Shown piece by piece: positions 37,801-48,000 of a stretch of DNA of 64,000 bases; positions within the stretch are counted from its first letter, which is position 1; each line of letters starts with the position of its first letter. The notes under the pieces are model-generated. The model made no database searches. It was not told the DNA's origin and saw only the letters and a program-made list of their open reading frames with translations. The position numbers and the translations under genes were made by a program. Source of the DNA: Candidatus Ozemobacteraceae bacterium. GTDB lineage: Bacteria > Muiribacteriota > Ozemobacteria > Ozemobacterales > Ozemobacteraceae. The DNA lies in the NCBI GenBank assembly GCA_965140445.1, contig OZ223236.1, forward strand, positions 1,248,001 to 1,312,000. The letters run 5' to 3'.

Positions 37801-38759
37801 TCTCAAGTAGTAATGGTGTGCAGGACTTTATCTTTAAGGTTGATTACTCAACCATGGTTACACCAATTAATTTGAGAATGATAGGTAGCTTTACTTATGG
37901 TATGTCAGATGTAACAAAAGAAATTGGTGACCTGCCTTTCCATAAAATAATCGTATTCGATCATTATGAGATAACAACACCAGATGAAACATCTGGCGTA
38001 GTTAAGGGAGCAACTTTTACTTTCTCAATTAACGCGGTTGATAACTTTAATAATCCTATCGTTCTGGCTTCTGCGCCAAACTTCACATGGGCTCACACCT
38101 ATCCGGCAACTTCCCCGACAAATCTCTTTGTTTGGCCTCCAGCTGGTGGTATTGCATTTCCGAATGTTTCAACTGTAAATGTCAGTGCTTTTATTGATTA
38201 TGATGATGACTCCATAACCAGTTTTACCTTTACAATTACCCCTGAAGATGGAACGGTTGGCTCTGATAGCGTTAACTTTCCTGTAAAACTTGGCGATCCA
38301 AGAGTTAGCACAGAACTTTTTGATATTGAGCCCTCTCAAAGATATGTTTTAAGTATGTACATAAAGACATTGGACGGAATCACAACCGGAACAGCAATAG
38401 TTGAGGCTGCTTTGTATCAGGCCGGGGCAACAAAAGTAACAGATGCATACAAAAAACTTGCTGATCTGACCCCGCAAAATTCACCGGCAAGTGGAACTGC
38501 AACTGCTGGCTATAGTAATGGATGGCACGGTTGGAAAAGGTATTATTGGTATTTCGATACGGATGTGGACACTCCTTTAATTTCAATTCGTCTTGGGTCA
38601 AACGCCGGGGAAGTATTAGTTGACGGTATCCAGCTTGAAAAGGCTGCAGATCCTGCGGAACCCTTCCCGTCAAAATACAGTCCTCATCCATTGAATATTA
38701 TCCATCCGTCTGTTGATGGTAGAACTGGTGTTACCGGCAAAGAATATTGGAAAAAATAA
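28827..38759 (+). CDS. Giant secreted surface protein, copy 1 (DUF2341-like + Ig-like repeats + lectin/CBM-like domains), 3310 aa
   Basis: Signal peptide; WGDLRLV...YWLYYGNPNA; many FxVxAxDx(F/Y)GN repeats; start 28827 has a GAGG RBS and gives the same length as copy 2. Confidence 0.85.
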   Translation: MKTRDFYTVGWLLIFVFLFNPAGVFAASKVLTSQADFAAGNTSQLIDADVDGNPKDYLRLINTNPGMDGTPGDKLAPGSGRVFAFKRHIPLTETRGRDRFLEKIQLNIEQISGAKENWGDLRLVNSAGNSVPFRILNFETPVDNPNSYVTLLFEAYASQSAVTDYWLYYGNPNATSVAVDNISPFYLLNHDFEDGSNNWAVCSASTLNSNVVVLGLLDGVSILPSGYVGYESKGCLQAYYPEGGDNGNENGKWRGWSQTVTGPTADLYIATAYKKSYSGAYDKRLNTYLRHIQSGADSTTNIPAGVTDWTTQSLEFNTGGTRTFELAAGMYFGTSVNTGWRERGTYIDWIDVQPKYPLNKVLGIKESAGYNAVGSFTSAAIDTGITSPQFGKITWIANTNSPGTSVYFQTRSGGSLAALNTAPWSADINVNGADIPSANARYLQVRAFLETTDTAYTPVLDEIEVFFDLPATKLQVLTPANVTAGDYFDFRVTALDNFNATATTFVGNVTMYSVPAGVTFLPNVSYVFQPEDQGTALFQARKTNVGNFEIFATSVGLTDGASGNIVCGPGPVSQLVMVAPPGTVTAGNHFNISIEARDRYGNVDTNANLTLTSYCADPYPASITPAIQLTGGYATLPNTVLFTKPSQTIVLQAPSNGMEVQTSINVNAAATNKLRLAADPDQYQNVPFDLTVDAVDVYGNVTGYGAAYNLSLSAGAIAPNTGTLVSGTKTQSETIDTEGNITISAVSGAFNGNMGVIVHPQTPAALDTFRVDAGSIQLAGVPFTLTIEALDEFLNLLPSYKGACRLTVNVGSITPEFTAGYSFLDGIMAIPVKVSGASDTVVITVYDLKDNTKLGMTYITVQSSTLDHFDVTAPAALKAGASCTFEVRPRDSSGNLLTKYTGTISISNTSTGGDVFCPSIYTFQPSDNGVKTFTATEAARFTKAEVVRLRVEDAGRRGLSEFIEIMAASDSPKIEIRPDKFTIELGESLSYNAILTDPYQNPLEGFTGTLNLNYTDPAVTGPANYTYLDFEDGSHRFLNQVRSTQLGSFTIEATEPVSGATATSPLINVISGETGNFSIIPSSISISAGDTFLFNITASDTSGNLNVLYNGSVRFSTLDTQAVLPADSTLINGAGAFNATFKTEGVFELSARDTRDPGIVGTMAVTVIASVPSKLELEIQDLDLNVNAGIPFPYRLHVKDAFGNHASYTGNIEVSAADKHASADHTKVFALANESVKSDNWTLITAGVQDLLATGAAFVDTRSERVVVNAGSPDHIAGDFPNSVYSEFYYPFKVRIEDIYGNPSPLYTNTITPVSSGPSFAREPNNHAFSSGDNGEYVFNLQWDRGTGNPITTNLTFQDSGALANLTFPVLVDCPRSNNPVGVLANFWLSRPDRRVIASEPFGMTIRASTGRDRLATVSVTVEFDISQGDFWVNDGGGWQKTITMTNESQKSFQAMVTRTGYLAVIAKSQAEPLKTGTVSFVAKPNKMDSLTITADTPQMAGKKFPFVAEWWDVCKNYAETATETITLSATSVGANTLEPSDLIPTGWSGKFDASITSGRWTDKKFWASNAETNINHDKLLNEISILGLYDEDFTDGALDNPNWQVMIQQGDNVSEACVGSHSLNGGCLYIETSGDGNLFDDTSQGDYQENEIDDGYYFLYQPWPATDTFDFDARVYVLRYWYDTRKRTNQSMVGIMIRDNSHTMEPRYICAQLQNTTNSGDFNMNTTSQVTYRNTPDGYVYRGKNNTSNGNSGTHPKWLRIRRLTATSFEGAQSNDEVVWDNFTSRMPTAVNISLGNPQMLGIAVCADSTTYPGIGWFTKFKVNRYYQQGVFESAIHDVGTSTVTFNQISLLATKPGGTQVIVEVRASNNSGAMGAWTNLGNITNASIDLAALNNRRYFQYRLTLNPNTVAAGVYDATPVVRQVDITYDINPIGHIFEGRETVTLNASTTFPAIDVGTCSVEIKGGDVASLSITVPASCIAGEPFTISVSALDAFGNIADDASGSWSFTTSDGSPYPGVVPPAYILVPVADKGQHTFHKSSILYNGPTATISVTDGNITATSAPIVVNPGLLKEFGVHADSPQVASTSFEVGVTAYDLYDNVKSDYTGTVTFYDDKTGGNSRYVPSSIAPGDWVGGVATLSPGVSFTKVETVHVSAQGDYRSGTSNPIEINSATSSALMLTVSTTQPEAGVPFSLNVMAVDNFGNQANTYNGTVKFSVTDTHGSVVIPADYNFVPADNGLHLWVNAATLITPGLQTIRVEDSVDPTMFSEVPVVVLPGPIANFKLECSATQTANVPFNLLITAYDAYGNPKTNFSEAVTLSSTFDSILPVTAGGFSNGQLLIPSTEIDHSVLPTTGQIDVNYGSAIGTLSVTMMPSAAIYDHIFMEAIPDNPSAGDAFKLTIKTVGADGAVFTGYSGIGVDLTASNTLGFEVVPPMSPDEALTFDLGVKEVYARIWEAGTITIWAHDKTLGKVGSLTIEVLPTNLSYFTVVPGTSSVNLYPNNYYQEVGASFPLYLGAYDSIDNLKSDYSGNVTLTHNGTGTYSVASVTFENGVATVPAAFYDDFGRMRITAYDSLLDRKGISNYIYFFGPLAEFDLNYGLHQSDETPFLLTVEGYDTYGQLKLNCMDTTSISNISYTPGSISPVTMSPMAPALVWKDGVAYEWITPDRKNGGVNEATASFRLDSNETVGASGTATFYLRKKGGGADHFLIETYSPQIAGEPFPMLVKAVNSSNQIDTSWSGTVQLFATDTVTGLGYPLVPSSVTINPADNGVYSNPAMVINNAATYTLSANYAAMNGTFTPFLVKQRPVSKLVLNVPQYAPLNQNFQMTISAYTDNGNLKTDYVPEGPILLKLNATATGILGIQFVDPSEFVGGIATITTQNYNKSQKIFIYANEPYLNKEFIGGPIDVFGIPTKLILQPLDGSSPPMVDPSRDFFWMQFFQVRATVKDSNGFTVANFDQDIHFKMKPGLAPPTAVDANIVGGYDVQHFFSSSNGVQDFIFKVDYSTMVTPINLRMIGSFTYGMSDVTKEIGDLPFHKIIVFDHYEITTPDETSGVVKGATFTFSINAVDNFNNPIVLASAPNFTWAHTYPATSPTNLFVWPPAGGIAFPNVSTVNVSAFIDYDDDSITSFTFTITPEDGTVGSDSVNFPVKLGDPRVSTELFDIEPSQRYVLSMYIKTLDGITTGTAIVEAALYQAGATKVTDAYKKLADLTPQNSPASGTATAGYSNGWHGWKRYYWYFDTDVDTPLISIRLGSNAGEVLVDGIQLEKAADPAEPFPSKYSPHPLNIIHPSVDGRTGVTGKEYWKK

Positions 38760-38788
38760 GCTTTTGAGCTCAGACTTGAATCAAAGGG

Positions 38789-38830
38789 ATTGGCTTCTGT
38801 TTAAAGAAATAAACCGGAGCCAATTTTTTT
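38789..38830 (+). terminator. Intrinsic terminator between the giant genes
   Basis: attggcttc-t-gttta...taaac-c-ggagccaat followed by a T run. Confidence 0.65.
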
Positions 38831-38982
38831 TCAGCCAATTCTGATTAATTTTTTTGCCAGAAATCCGGGTTAAAATTCGGAAGTGCCACCTGAAATCTCT
38901 TTGTACAATCATCTTTAATCAATCCATTAGTATTGCCTGAAACGAGAGTAATTTAATTTTTCACAAAGTACAATTTCTTGTA

Positions 38983-39011
38983 TAGACAAAAATAGATTCT
39001 CTTCTTATTAT
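38983..39011 (+). promoter_or_regulatory. Sigma70-type promoter of giant gene 2
   Basis: TAGACA-17 bp-TATTAT, sharing tctcttct spacer sequence with the copy 1 promoter. Confidence 0.6.
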
Positions 39012-39026
39012 TAGGTTGAGGTTAAA

Positions 39027-42000
39027 ATGAGGAATAAAGAAATATTTATAATTTTTTCCGTGTTGGCTCTTTTCCTGTTTTTTCCTCTTACAGAGGTGCT
39101 TTCCGCATCTAAGGTTTTAACCTCTCAGGCTGATTTTGCTGCGGGAAGTGTCAGCCAGCTAATCGATGCCGACGTTGATGGTAATCCCAAAGATTATCTG
39201 CGACTAATCAACACCAATCCTGGAGTAGATGGAACTCCTGGCGACAAACTTGCGCCTGGGTCAGGGCGCGTTTTTGCTTTTAAAAGGCACATCCCGCTAA
39301 CTGAAACCCGCGGTCGCGATCGCTTTTTAGAAAAAGTTCAACTTAATATTGAACAGATCAGCGGGGCAAAAGAAAACTGGGGCGACTTGCGTCTGGTAAA
39401 TTCTGCCGGTAATTTTGTTCCATTCAGAATTTTGAATTTTGAAACACCGGTAGATAACCCAAATTCTTATGTCACATTGCTTTTTGAGGCTTATGCAAGT
39501 CAGTCTGCAGTTACAGATTACTGGTTATACTACGGCAACCCGAACGCGACTTCGGTGGCAGTTGATAACATCAGCCCGTTCTATTTGCGGAATCATGATT
39601 TTGAAGATGGTTCCAATAACTGGGCAGTCTGTTCTGCAAGCACTCTTAATGCCAATGCTGTTGTTCTCGGATTGCTTGACGGAGTTTCTATTTTGCCCTC
39701 GGGCTATGTCGGCTATGAAAGCAAAGGCTGTTTGCAGGCGTATTATCCTGAAGGTGGAAATGATGGGACTGAAAATGGAAAATGGCGAGCCTGGTCACAG
39801 ACCGTAACCGGGCCAACCGCTGATCTTTACATTGCTACTGCGTATAAAAAAACCTATTCAGGAGCTTATGACAAGCGGCTAAACACATATTTGCGCCATA
39901 TTCAATCAGGTGCTGACTCGACTACAAATATCCCGGCGGGGGTTACAGATTGGACGACCCAGTCTCTGGAGTTTAACACTGGCGGAACCAGAACTTTTGA
40001 ACTCGCTGCTGGCATGTATTTTGGAACCAGTGTTGATACCGGCTGGCGTGAGCGAGGCACCTACATTGACTGGATAGATGTTCAGCCAAAATACCCCCTG
40101 GAAAAAGTTTTGGGAATCAAAGAAAGTGCTGGTTACAACGCTGTTGGCTCTTTCACCTCTGCTGCTATTGATACCGGGATTGCAGCTCCGCAATTTGGAA
40201 AAATTACCTGGATAGCCAATACAAACTCTCCCGGGACTTCGGTTTATTTCCAGACCAGATCCGGGGGAAGCCTTGCTGCGTTAAATGCTGCCCCCTGGAG
40301 CGCAAATGTCAATGTTAATGGTGCTGATATACCAAGTGCCAATGCAAGGTATCTGCAGGTAAGGGCGTTTCTCGAAACAACTGATACCGCTTATACTCCC
40401 GTGCTTGATGAAATTGAGGTTTTCTTTGATCTGCCGGCGACCAAGCTTCAGGTGCTTACGCCAGCCAATGTAACAGCGGGGGATTATTTTGATTTCAGGG
40501 TTACAGCCCTTGATAACTTTAATGCGACCGCAACCACATTCGTTGGAAATGTAACCATGTATTCGGTTCCGGCCGGTGTAACATTTTTACCCAATGTGAG
40601 TTATGTTTTTCAACCTGAAGATCAGGGAACCGCTTTGTTTCAGGCGCGAAAAACCAATGTGGGGAATTTTGAAATTTTCGCGACGTCTGTAGGACTTACA
40701 GACGGTGCTTCAGGGAATATCGTCTGCGGGCCCGGGCCGGTTAGCCAACTGGTTATGGTGGCCCCACCGGGGACGGTTACGGCCGGGAACCACTTTAATA
40801 TAAATATTGAGGCCCGGGACCGATACGGCAATGTTGATACGAATGCCAACCTGACTTTAACTTCGTATTGTGCCGACCCCTATCCGGCGTCTATTACCCC
40901 TGCTATACAGCTTACGGGTGGCTACGCAACATTGCCGAATACGGTTTTGTTTACAAAACCGTCCCAGACGATAGTGCTACAGGCGCCATCAAATGGTATG
41001 GAAGTCCAGACCAGCATAAACGTTAATGCCGCTGCTACAAATAAACTTCGTTTAGCTGCAGATCCTGATCAGTATCAGAATGTTCCCTTTGATTTAACAG
41101 TTGATGCAGTGGATGTTTATGGCAATGTTACAGGTTATGGTGCTGCGTATAATCTTTCTCTCTCTGCAGGTGCTATTGCTCCGAATACAGGAACGCTCGT
41201 AAGTGGCACAAAGACCCAGAGTGAAACCATTGATACCGAAGGAAACATTACTGTTTCAGCAGTTTCCGGCGCATTTAACGGAAACATGGGAATTATTGTT
41301 CATCCTCAGACCCCAGCCGCTCTTGATACTTTTAGAGTTGATGCCGGTTCTATTCAGCTTGCTGGAGTGCCTTTTACTCTAACGATTGAAGCATTGGATG
41401 AATTTCTGAATCTTCTTCCAGGTTATAAAGGCGCTTGTCGCTTAGATGTAAGTGTGGGTTCCATTACTCCTGAATTCACAACTGGTTACAGTTTCCTTGA
41501 TGGTATTATGGCCATTCCTGTAAAGGTTTCCGGGGCCAGCGAAACGGTAGTTATTACAGTTTATGACCTGAAAGACAATACTAAACTTGGTATGACATAT
41601 ATAACCGTTCAGTCATCAACTCTGGACCATTTTGACGTTACCGCACCTGCAGCTCTTACTGCAGGAGCTTCCTGCACATTCGAAGTCCGCCCCAGAGATT
41701 CGTCCGGAAACCTGCTAACTAAATATACGGGAACGATTTCAATTTCAAACACCTCAACAGGCGGGGATGTTTTATGTCCATCAATCTATACTTTTCAAAC
41801 CTCGGATAATGGAGTTAAAACCTTTACTGCAACAGAAGCAGCTCGTTTTACAAAAGCGGAGGTGGTTAGACTCAGAGTTGAAGATGCTGGTCGCCGTGGA
41901 CTATCTGATTTTATTGAAATCATGGCGGCTTCTGCCAGCCCGAAAATAGAGATTAGACCGGATAAATTTACGATCGAACTAGGGGAATCGCTTTCATACA

Positions 42001-45000
42001 ATGCAATTTTGACAGATCCATATCAGAACCCTCTTGAAGGTTTTACTGGAACTTTGAACTTCAACTACACTGATCCAGCGGTTTCTGGGCCTGCCAATTA
42101 CACCTATCTGGATTTTGAAGACGGATCACATAGATTTTTGAATCAGGTGCGTTCTACCCAACTGGGCAGTTTTACTATTGAAGCCACAGAACCTGTTTCT
42201 GGAGCGACTACAACCAGTCCTCTTATTAATGTAATCAGTGGAGATACTGGCAACTTCAGTATTATTCCTTCGAGCATTTCTATCAGTGCCGGGGATACCT
42301 TTTTGTTCAACATTACCGCATCCGACACTTCTGGAAACCTGAATGTGCTTTATAACGGTAGCGTGAGATTCTCGACTCTGGATACTCAAGCTGTTTTGCC
42401 TGCTGACTCAACCCTGATAAATGGGGCAGGGGCTTTTAATGCTACTTTTAAAACCGAAGGCGTTTTTGAATTGTCTGCGCGTGATACTCGAGATCCTGGT
42501 ATTGTTGGAACGATGAGTGTGACTGTTGTAGCTTCAACTCCTTCCACGCTTGAGTTAGAAATTCAGGACCCGGATTTGATTGTCGATGCCGGGGTTCCTT
42601 TCCCATATTTACTGCATGTTAAGGATGCATTTGGAAACCACGCGAGTTATACCGGCAATATTGAAGTTTCAAGCAAGGATTCACATGTCTCTGCAGACCA
42701 TGTAACGAATTTCGTTTTCACCAATGAGAGCATAAAAAGTGATAACTGGACTTTAATCACTGCAGGTGTTCAGGATTTACTTGCAACAGGAACCGTGTTT
42801 CAGGATACTTTCAGTGAGCGCGTTGTTGTCAATGCTGGTGCTCCTGATCATATTGCCGGAGATTTCCCAAATAGCGTTTATTCAGAATTTTATTACCCAT
42901 TCAAAGTTAGAATTGAAGATGTTTACGGTAACCCGACACCTTCGTATACAGACACTATAACTCCCGTCAGCAGCGGTCCAAGCTTTGCCAGAGAGCCAAA
43001 TAATCACGCTTTTTCTTCAGGAGATAATGGAGAATATGTCTTTAACCTCCAGTGGGACAGAGGAACGGGGAACCCTATTACTACAAACCTGACTTTTCAG
43101 GATTCCGGGGTGTTGGCCGATCTCACTTTTCCTGTCCTGGTAGATTGCCCCAGAAGTAATAATCCGGTGGGTGTATTGGCAAACTTCTGGCTCTCAAGAC
43201 CAGATCGCAGGGTAATTGCCTCGGAACCTTTTGGTATGACAATTAGGGCGAGTACCGGCCGTGACAGACTCGCAACGGTTTCTGTGACTGTTGAATTTGA
43301 TATTTCGCAAGGTGATTTCTGGGTAAATGATGGCGGTGGCTGGCAGAAAACCATCACTTTAACTAATGAATCTCAGAAAAGTTTTCAAGCAATGGTTACC
43401 AGGACTGGATATCTCGCGGTTATTGCAAAATCACAGGCAGAACCACTAAAAACAGGAACCGTAAGTTTTGTTTCAAGGCCAAACAAAATGGATTCTCTCA
43501 CAATTACAGCTGATACTCCTCAAATGGCTGGTAAAAAGTTTCCTTTTGTCGCTGAATGGTGGGATGTTTGCAAAAATTATGCAGAAATGGCCACTGAAAC
43601 GGTTACTTTAAGCGCAACTTCTGTTGGCCCAAATACACTTGAGCCGACAGAGTTAGTTCCAACCGGCTGGAAAGGGAAGTTTGATGCTTCTATAACTTCT
43701 GGCAGATGGACAGATAAAAAATTCTGGGCTTCCAATGCTGAATCTAATATCAACCACGATAAATTGCTCAATGAAATTAGTATTTTAGGGTTGTATGACG
43801 AAGATTTTACAGATGGAGAGCTTGATAACCCAAATTGGCAGGTGATGATTCAGCAGGGCGACAATTTTAGCGAAGCCTGTGTTGGTTCTCATAGCTTGAA
43901 TGGTGGGTGCTTGTACATTGAAACATCTGGCGATGGAAATCTTTTTGATGACACTGCTCAAAACGATTACCAGGAAAGTGACATTGATGACGGCTATTAC
44001 TTTCTGTATCAACCCTGGCCGGCTACTGATACCTATGATTTTGATGCCAGATTATATGTGTTGAGATACTGGTATGACACCATCAAACGAACCAATCAGT
44101 CTATGGTTGGGATTATGATTCGCGACAGCAGCCATGCTCTGGAGCCTCGATATATTTGTGCCCAGTTGCAGAACACAACTAATAGCGGTGATTTCAATAT
44201 GAACACCACTAGTCAGGTTACCTACAGAAATACTCCAGATGGTGCTGTTTATCGCGGAAAAAATAATACCAGTGATGGTAACTCCGGAACTCATCCTAAG
44301 TGGCTCAGAATTAGACGCTTGACCGCAACTTCATTTGAGGGGGCCCAATCTAATGATGAGGTCGTCTGGGACAATTTTACATCAAAGATGCCAACCGCAG
44401 TAAATATTTCTCTTGGCAGTCCCCAAATGCTCGGGATCGCAGTCTGTGCAGACAGCACTGTTTACCCGGGAATAGGCTGGTTTACAAAATTCAAGGTTAA
44501 TCGGTATTATCCGCAAGGTATCTACGAGTCAGTAATTCATGACGTTGGCACCTCAACGGTAACCTTTAACCAGATCAGTTTGCTTGCAACTAAACCAGGG
44601 GGCACACAGGTTGTTGTCGAAGTTCGCGCCAGCAATAATCCTGCAGCAATGGGTGGCTGGACAAGTCTTGGAAACGTTACGAACGCCAGCATTAATCTTG
44701 GCGCACTCAATAATCGCAGATACTTTCAATACCGCCTAACATTGAATCCAAATACCGTTGCAGCGGGCGTTTATGATGCGACCCCTGTTGTTAGTCAAGT
44801 TGATATAACCTACGACATCAATCCGATTGGCCATATTTTTGAAGGGCGCGAAACAGTTACTCTGAATGCTTCTACTACTTTCCCGGCTATAGACGTTGGA
44901 ACATGCAGCGTTGAAATTAAAGGTGGGGATGTTGCGAGTCTTTCAATTACGGTTCCAGCCTCATGTATTGCTGGTGAACCTTTTACTATAAGCGTTTCTG

Positions 45001-48000
45001 CTCTTGACGCTTTTGGGAATATTGCTGATGATGCTTCAGGTTCGTGGAGCTTTACTACTTCTGATGGATCGCCTTATCCAGGGGTGGTTCCTCAAGCTTA
45101 TATCCTTGTGCCCGTTGCCGATAAAGGCCAGCATACCTTCCATAAAAGCTCTATTTTATATAATGGTCCAACAGCTACTATTAGCGTAACTGACGGAAAT
45201 ATTATTGCTACATCTTCTCCAATAGTGGTTAACCCGGGTTTATTAAAAGAATTTGGAGTATATGCAGATTCTCCACAAATTGCCAGCACCAGTTTTGAGG
45301 TTGGAGTTACCGCTTATGACCTATATGACAATGTTAAAAGTGATTATGCGGGAACGGTGACCTTTTATGACGACAAAACTGGAGGAAGCAGCCGATATGT
45401 TCCTTCAAGTATAGCCCCCGGCGATTGGCTTGGCGGAGTTGCAACCTTAAGCCCGGGTGTTTCTTTTACCAAGGTTGAAACCGTTCATGTTTCTGCTCAA
45501 GGCGACTATCGTAGTGGAACATCTAATCCTATTGAGATAAACTCAGCCACTTCATCTGCTCTTATGCTAACAGTTAGCACCACCCAGCCTGAAGCTGGTG
45601 TTCCTTTTTCTCTAAATGTAATGGCTGTAGATAACTTTGGAAACCAGGCAAACACTTACACTGGCACGGTAAAGTTTAGCGTTACAGATGCTCATGGTAG
45701 TGTTGTGATGCCAGCTGATTATAATTTTATTCCGGCGGATAACGGCCTGCATCTCTGGGTTAATGCTGCAACACTTATTACACCTGGTTTGCAGACAATC
45801 CGGGTAGAGGATTCTGTTGATCCAACCATGTTTTCCGAAGTTCCAGTAGTTGTTTTACCTGGACCAATTGCCAACTTTAAACTTGAATGCTCGGCTACAC
45901 AAACAGCCAATGTTCCGTTTAACCTTTTGATTACAGCTTACGATGCATACGGAAACCCAAAAACTAACTTTTCAGAAGCGGTGACTTTGTCTTCAACCTT
46001 TGATTCTATTTTGCCTGTAACTGCTGGCGGTTTTTCGAATGGCCAGTTGCTTATTCCTTCTACAGAAATAGATCACTCTGTTTTGCCGATCACAGGTCAG
46101 ATAGATGTTAACTATGGAAGTGCCATAGGAACTCTTTCAGTGACCATATTGCCGTCATCAGCTATTTATGATCACATTTTTATGGAAGCAATTCCGGATG
46201 ACCCATCAGCGGGAGACGCGTTTAAACTTACCATTAAAACGGTTGGAGCTGATGGAGCTGTTTTTACAGGTTATAGCGGCGTTGGCGTTGATTTGACCGC
46301 AAGTAATCCTTTTGGAATCGAAGTAGTTCCTCCCATGTCTCCAGATGAAGCCATTAATTTTGATCTGGGTGTTAAAGAGGTTTATGCCCGAATCTGGGAA
46401 GCCGGCACCATAACAATTTGGGCACATGATAAGACTCTTGGTAAGGTTGGCTCCTTAACAATTGAAGTTTTGCCAACAAATCTTTCATATTTTTCTGTGA
46501 TTCCAGGAACCTCTACAACAAGTCTTTATCCGAATGTTTACTATCAGAATGTTGGGGCAAGCTTTCCGCTTTATTTAGGTGCCTACGATAGTATCGACAA
46601 TCTGAAAACAGATTACTCCGGTAATGTAACCCTTACGCATAATGGAACAGGAACTTACAGCGTTGCTTCGGTTACATTTGAGAATGGAGTGGCAACAGTT
46701 CCCGCTGCTTTTTACGATGACTTTGGCCGAATAAGAATTACTGCCTATGACTCATTGCTTGATAGAAAAGGTATTTCAAACTACATATACTTTTTTGGCC
46801 CGCTCGCTGAATTTAACTTAGACTATGGTTTGCATCAAAGTGATGAGACTCCGTTTTTATTAACTGTTACTGCTTATGACACTTTTGGACAGCTAAAGCT
46901 AAACTGCATGGATACAACTAGTATCAGTAATATTTCTTTTACACCTGGATCAATTAGCCCTGTGACTATATCACCAATGGCTCCTAATCTAGTCTGGAAT
47001 AACGGGGTGTCATATGAGTGGATTACCCCGGACCGAAAAGACGGTGGAGTTAATGATGCTACTGCCAGTTTCAGATTAGATTCTAACGAAACCGCCGGGG
47101 CCTCTGGAACCGCAACCTTCTATCTTAGAAAGCAAGGAGCTGGAGCAGACCATTTTATAATTGAGACTTACTCTCCACAGGTAGCAGGTGAGCCTTTTCC
47201 TATGCTTGTAAAAGCCGTTAACTCATCAAATCAGATTGACACCTCCTGGACAGGAACTGTTCAACTTACGGCGACTGATACCACAACTGGACTGGGATAC
47301 CCGCTTGTTCCATCTGTTGTTACTATTAATGCAGGTGATAATGGTGTTTACTCCAATAGCGCTATGATTATTAATAATGCTGCTACTTACACATTATCAG
47401 CCAATTACGGGGCAATGAATGGCACATTTACTCCGTTCCTTGTCAAGCAAAGACCAGTCAGTAAGCTTGTTTTGAATGTTCCGCAATTTGCGCCGCTAAA
47501 TGAAGATTTTCAAATGACCATTTCTGCTTATACTGATAGCGGTACTTTGAAAACGGATTATGTCCCGGAAGGGCCAATTTTGTTAAAGCTGAACGCTACC
47601 GCAACCGGGATTCTGGGAATCCAGTTTATTGACCCGTCCGAATTTGTTGGCGGAATAGCTACAATTTCTACTCAGGATTATAATAAGAGCCAGAGAATCT
47701 TTATTTATGCTAATGAGCCATATCTAAACAAGGCATTTATTGGTGGCCCGATTGATGTTTTTGGAATTCCTACCAAGTTGATTTTGCAGCCTCTTGATGG
47801 TTCATCGCCGCCAGTGGTAGACCCTTCGCGAGATTTTTTCTGGATGCAGTTTTTCCAGGTCCGGGCTACGGTAAAAGACTCAAATGGATTTACGGTTGCC
47901 AATTTTGACGAAGATTTGTATTTCCAGATGAAACCGGGGTTAGCTCCACCAACAGCCGCAGACGCAACTATCGTTGGAGGCTATGATATGCAGCATTTCA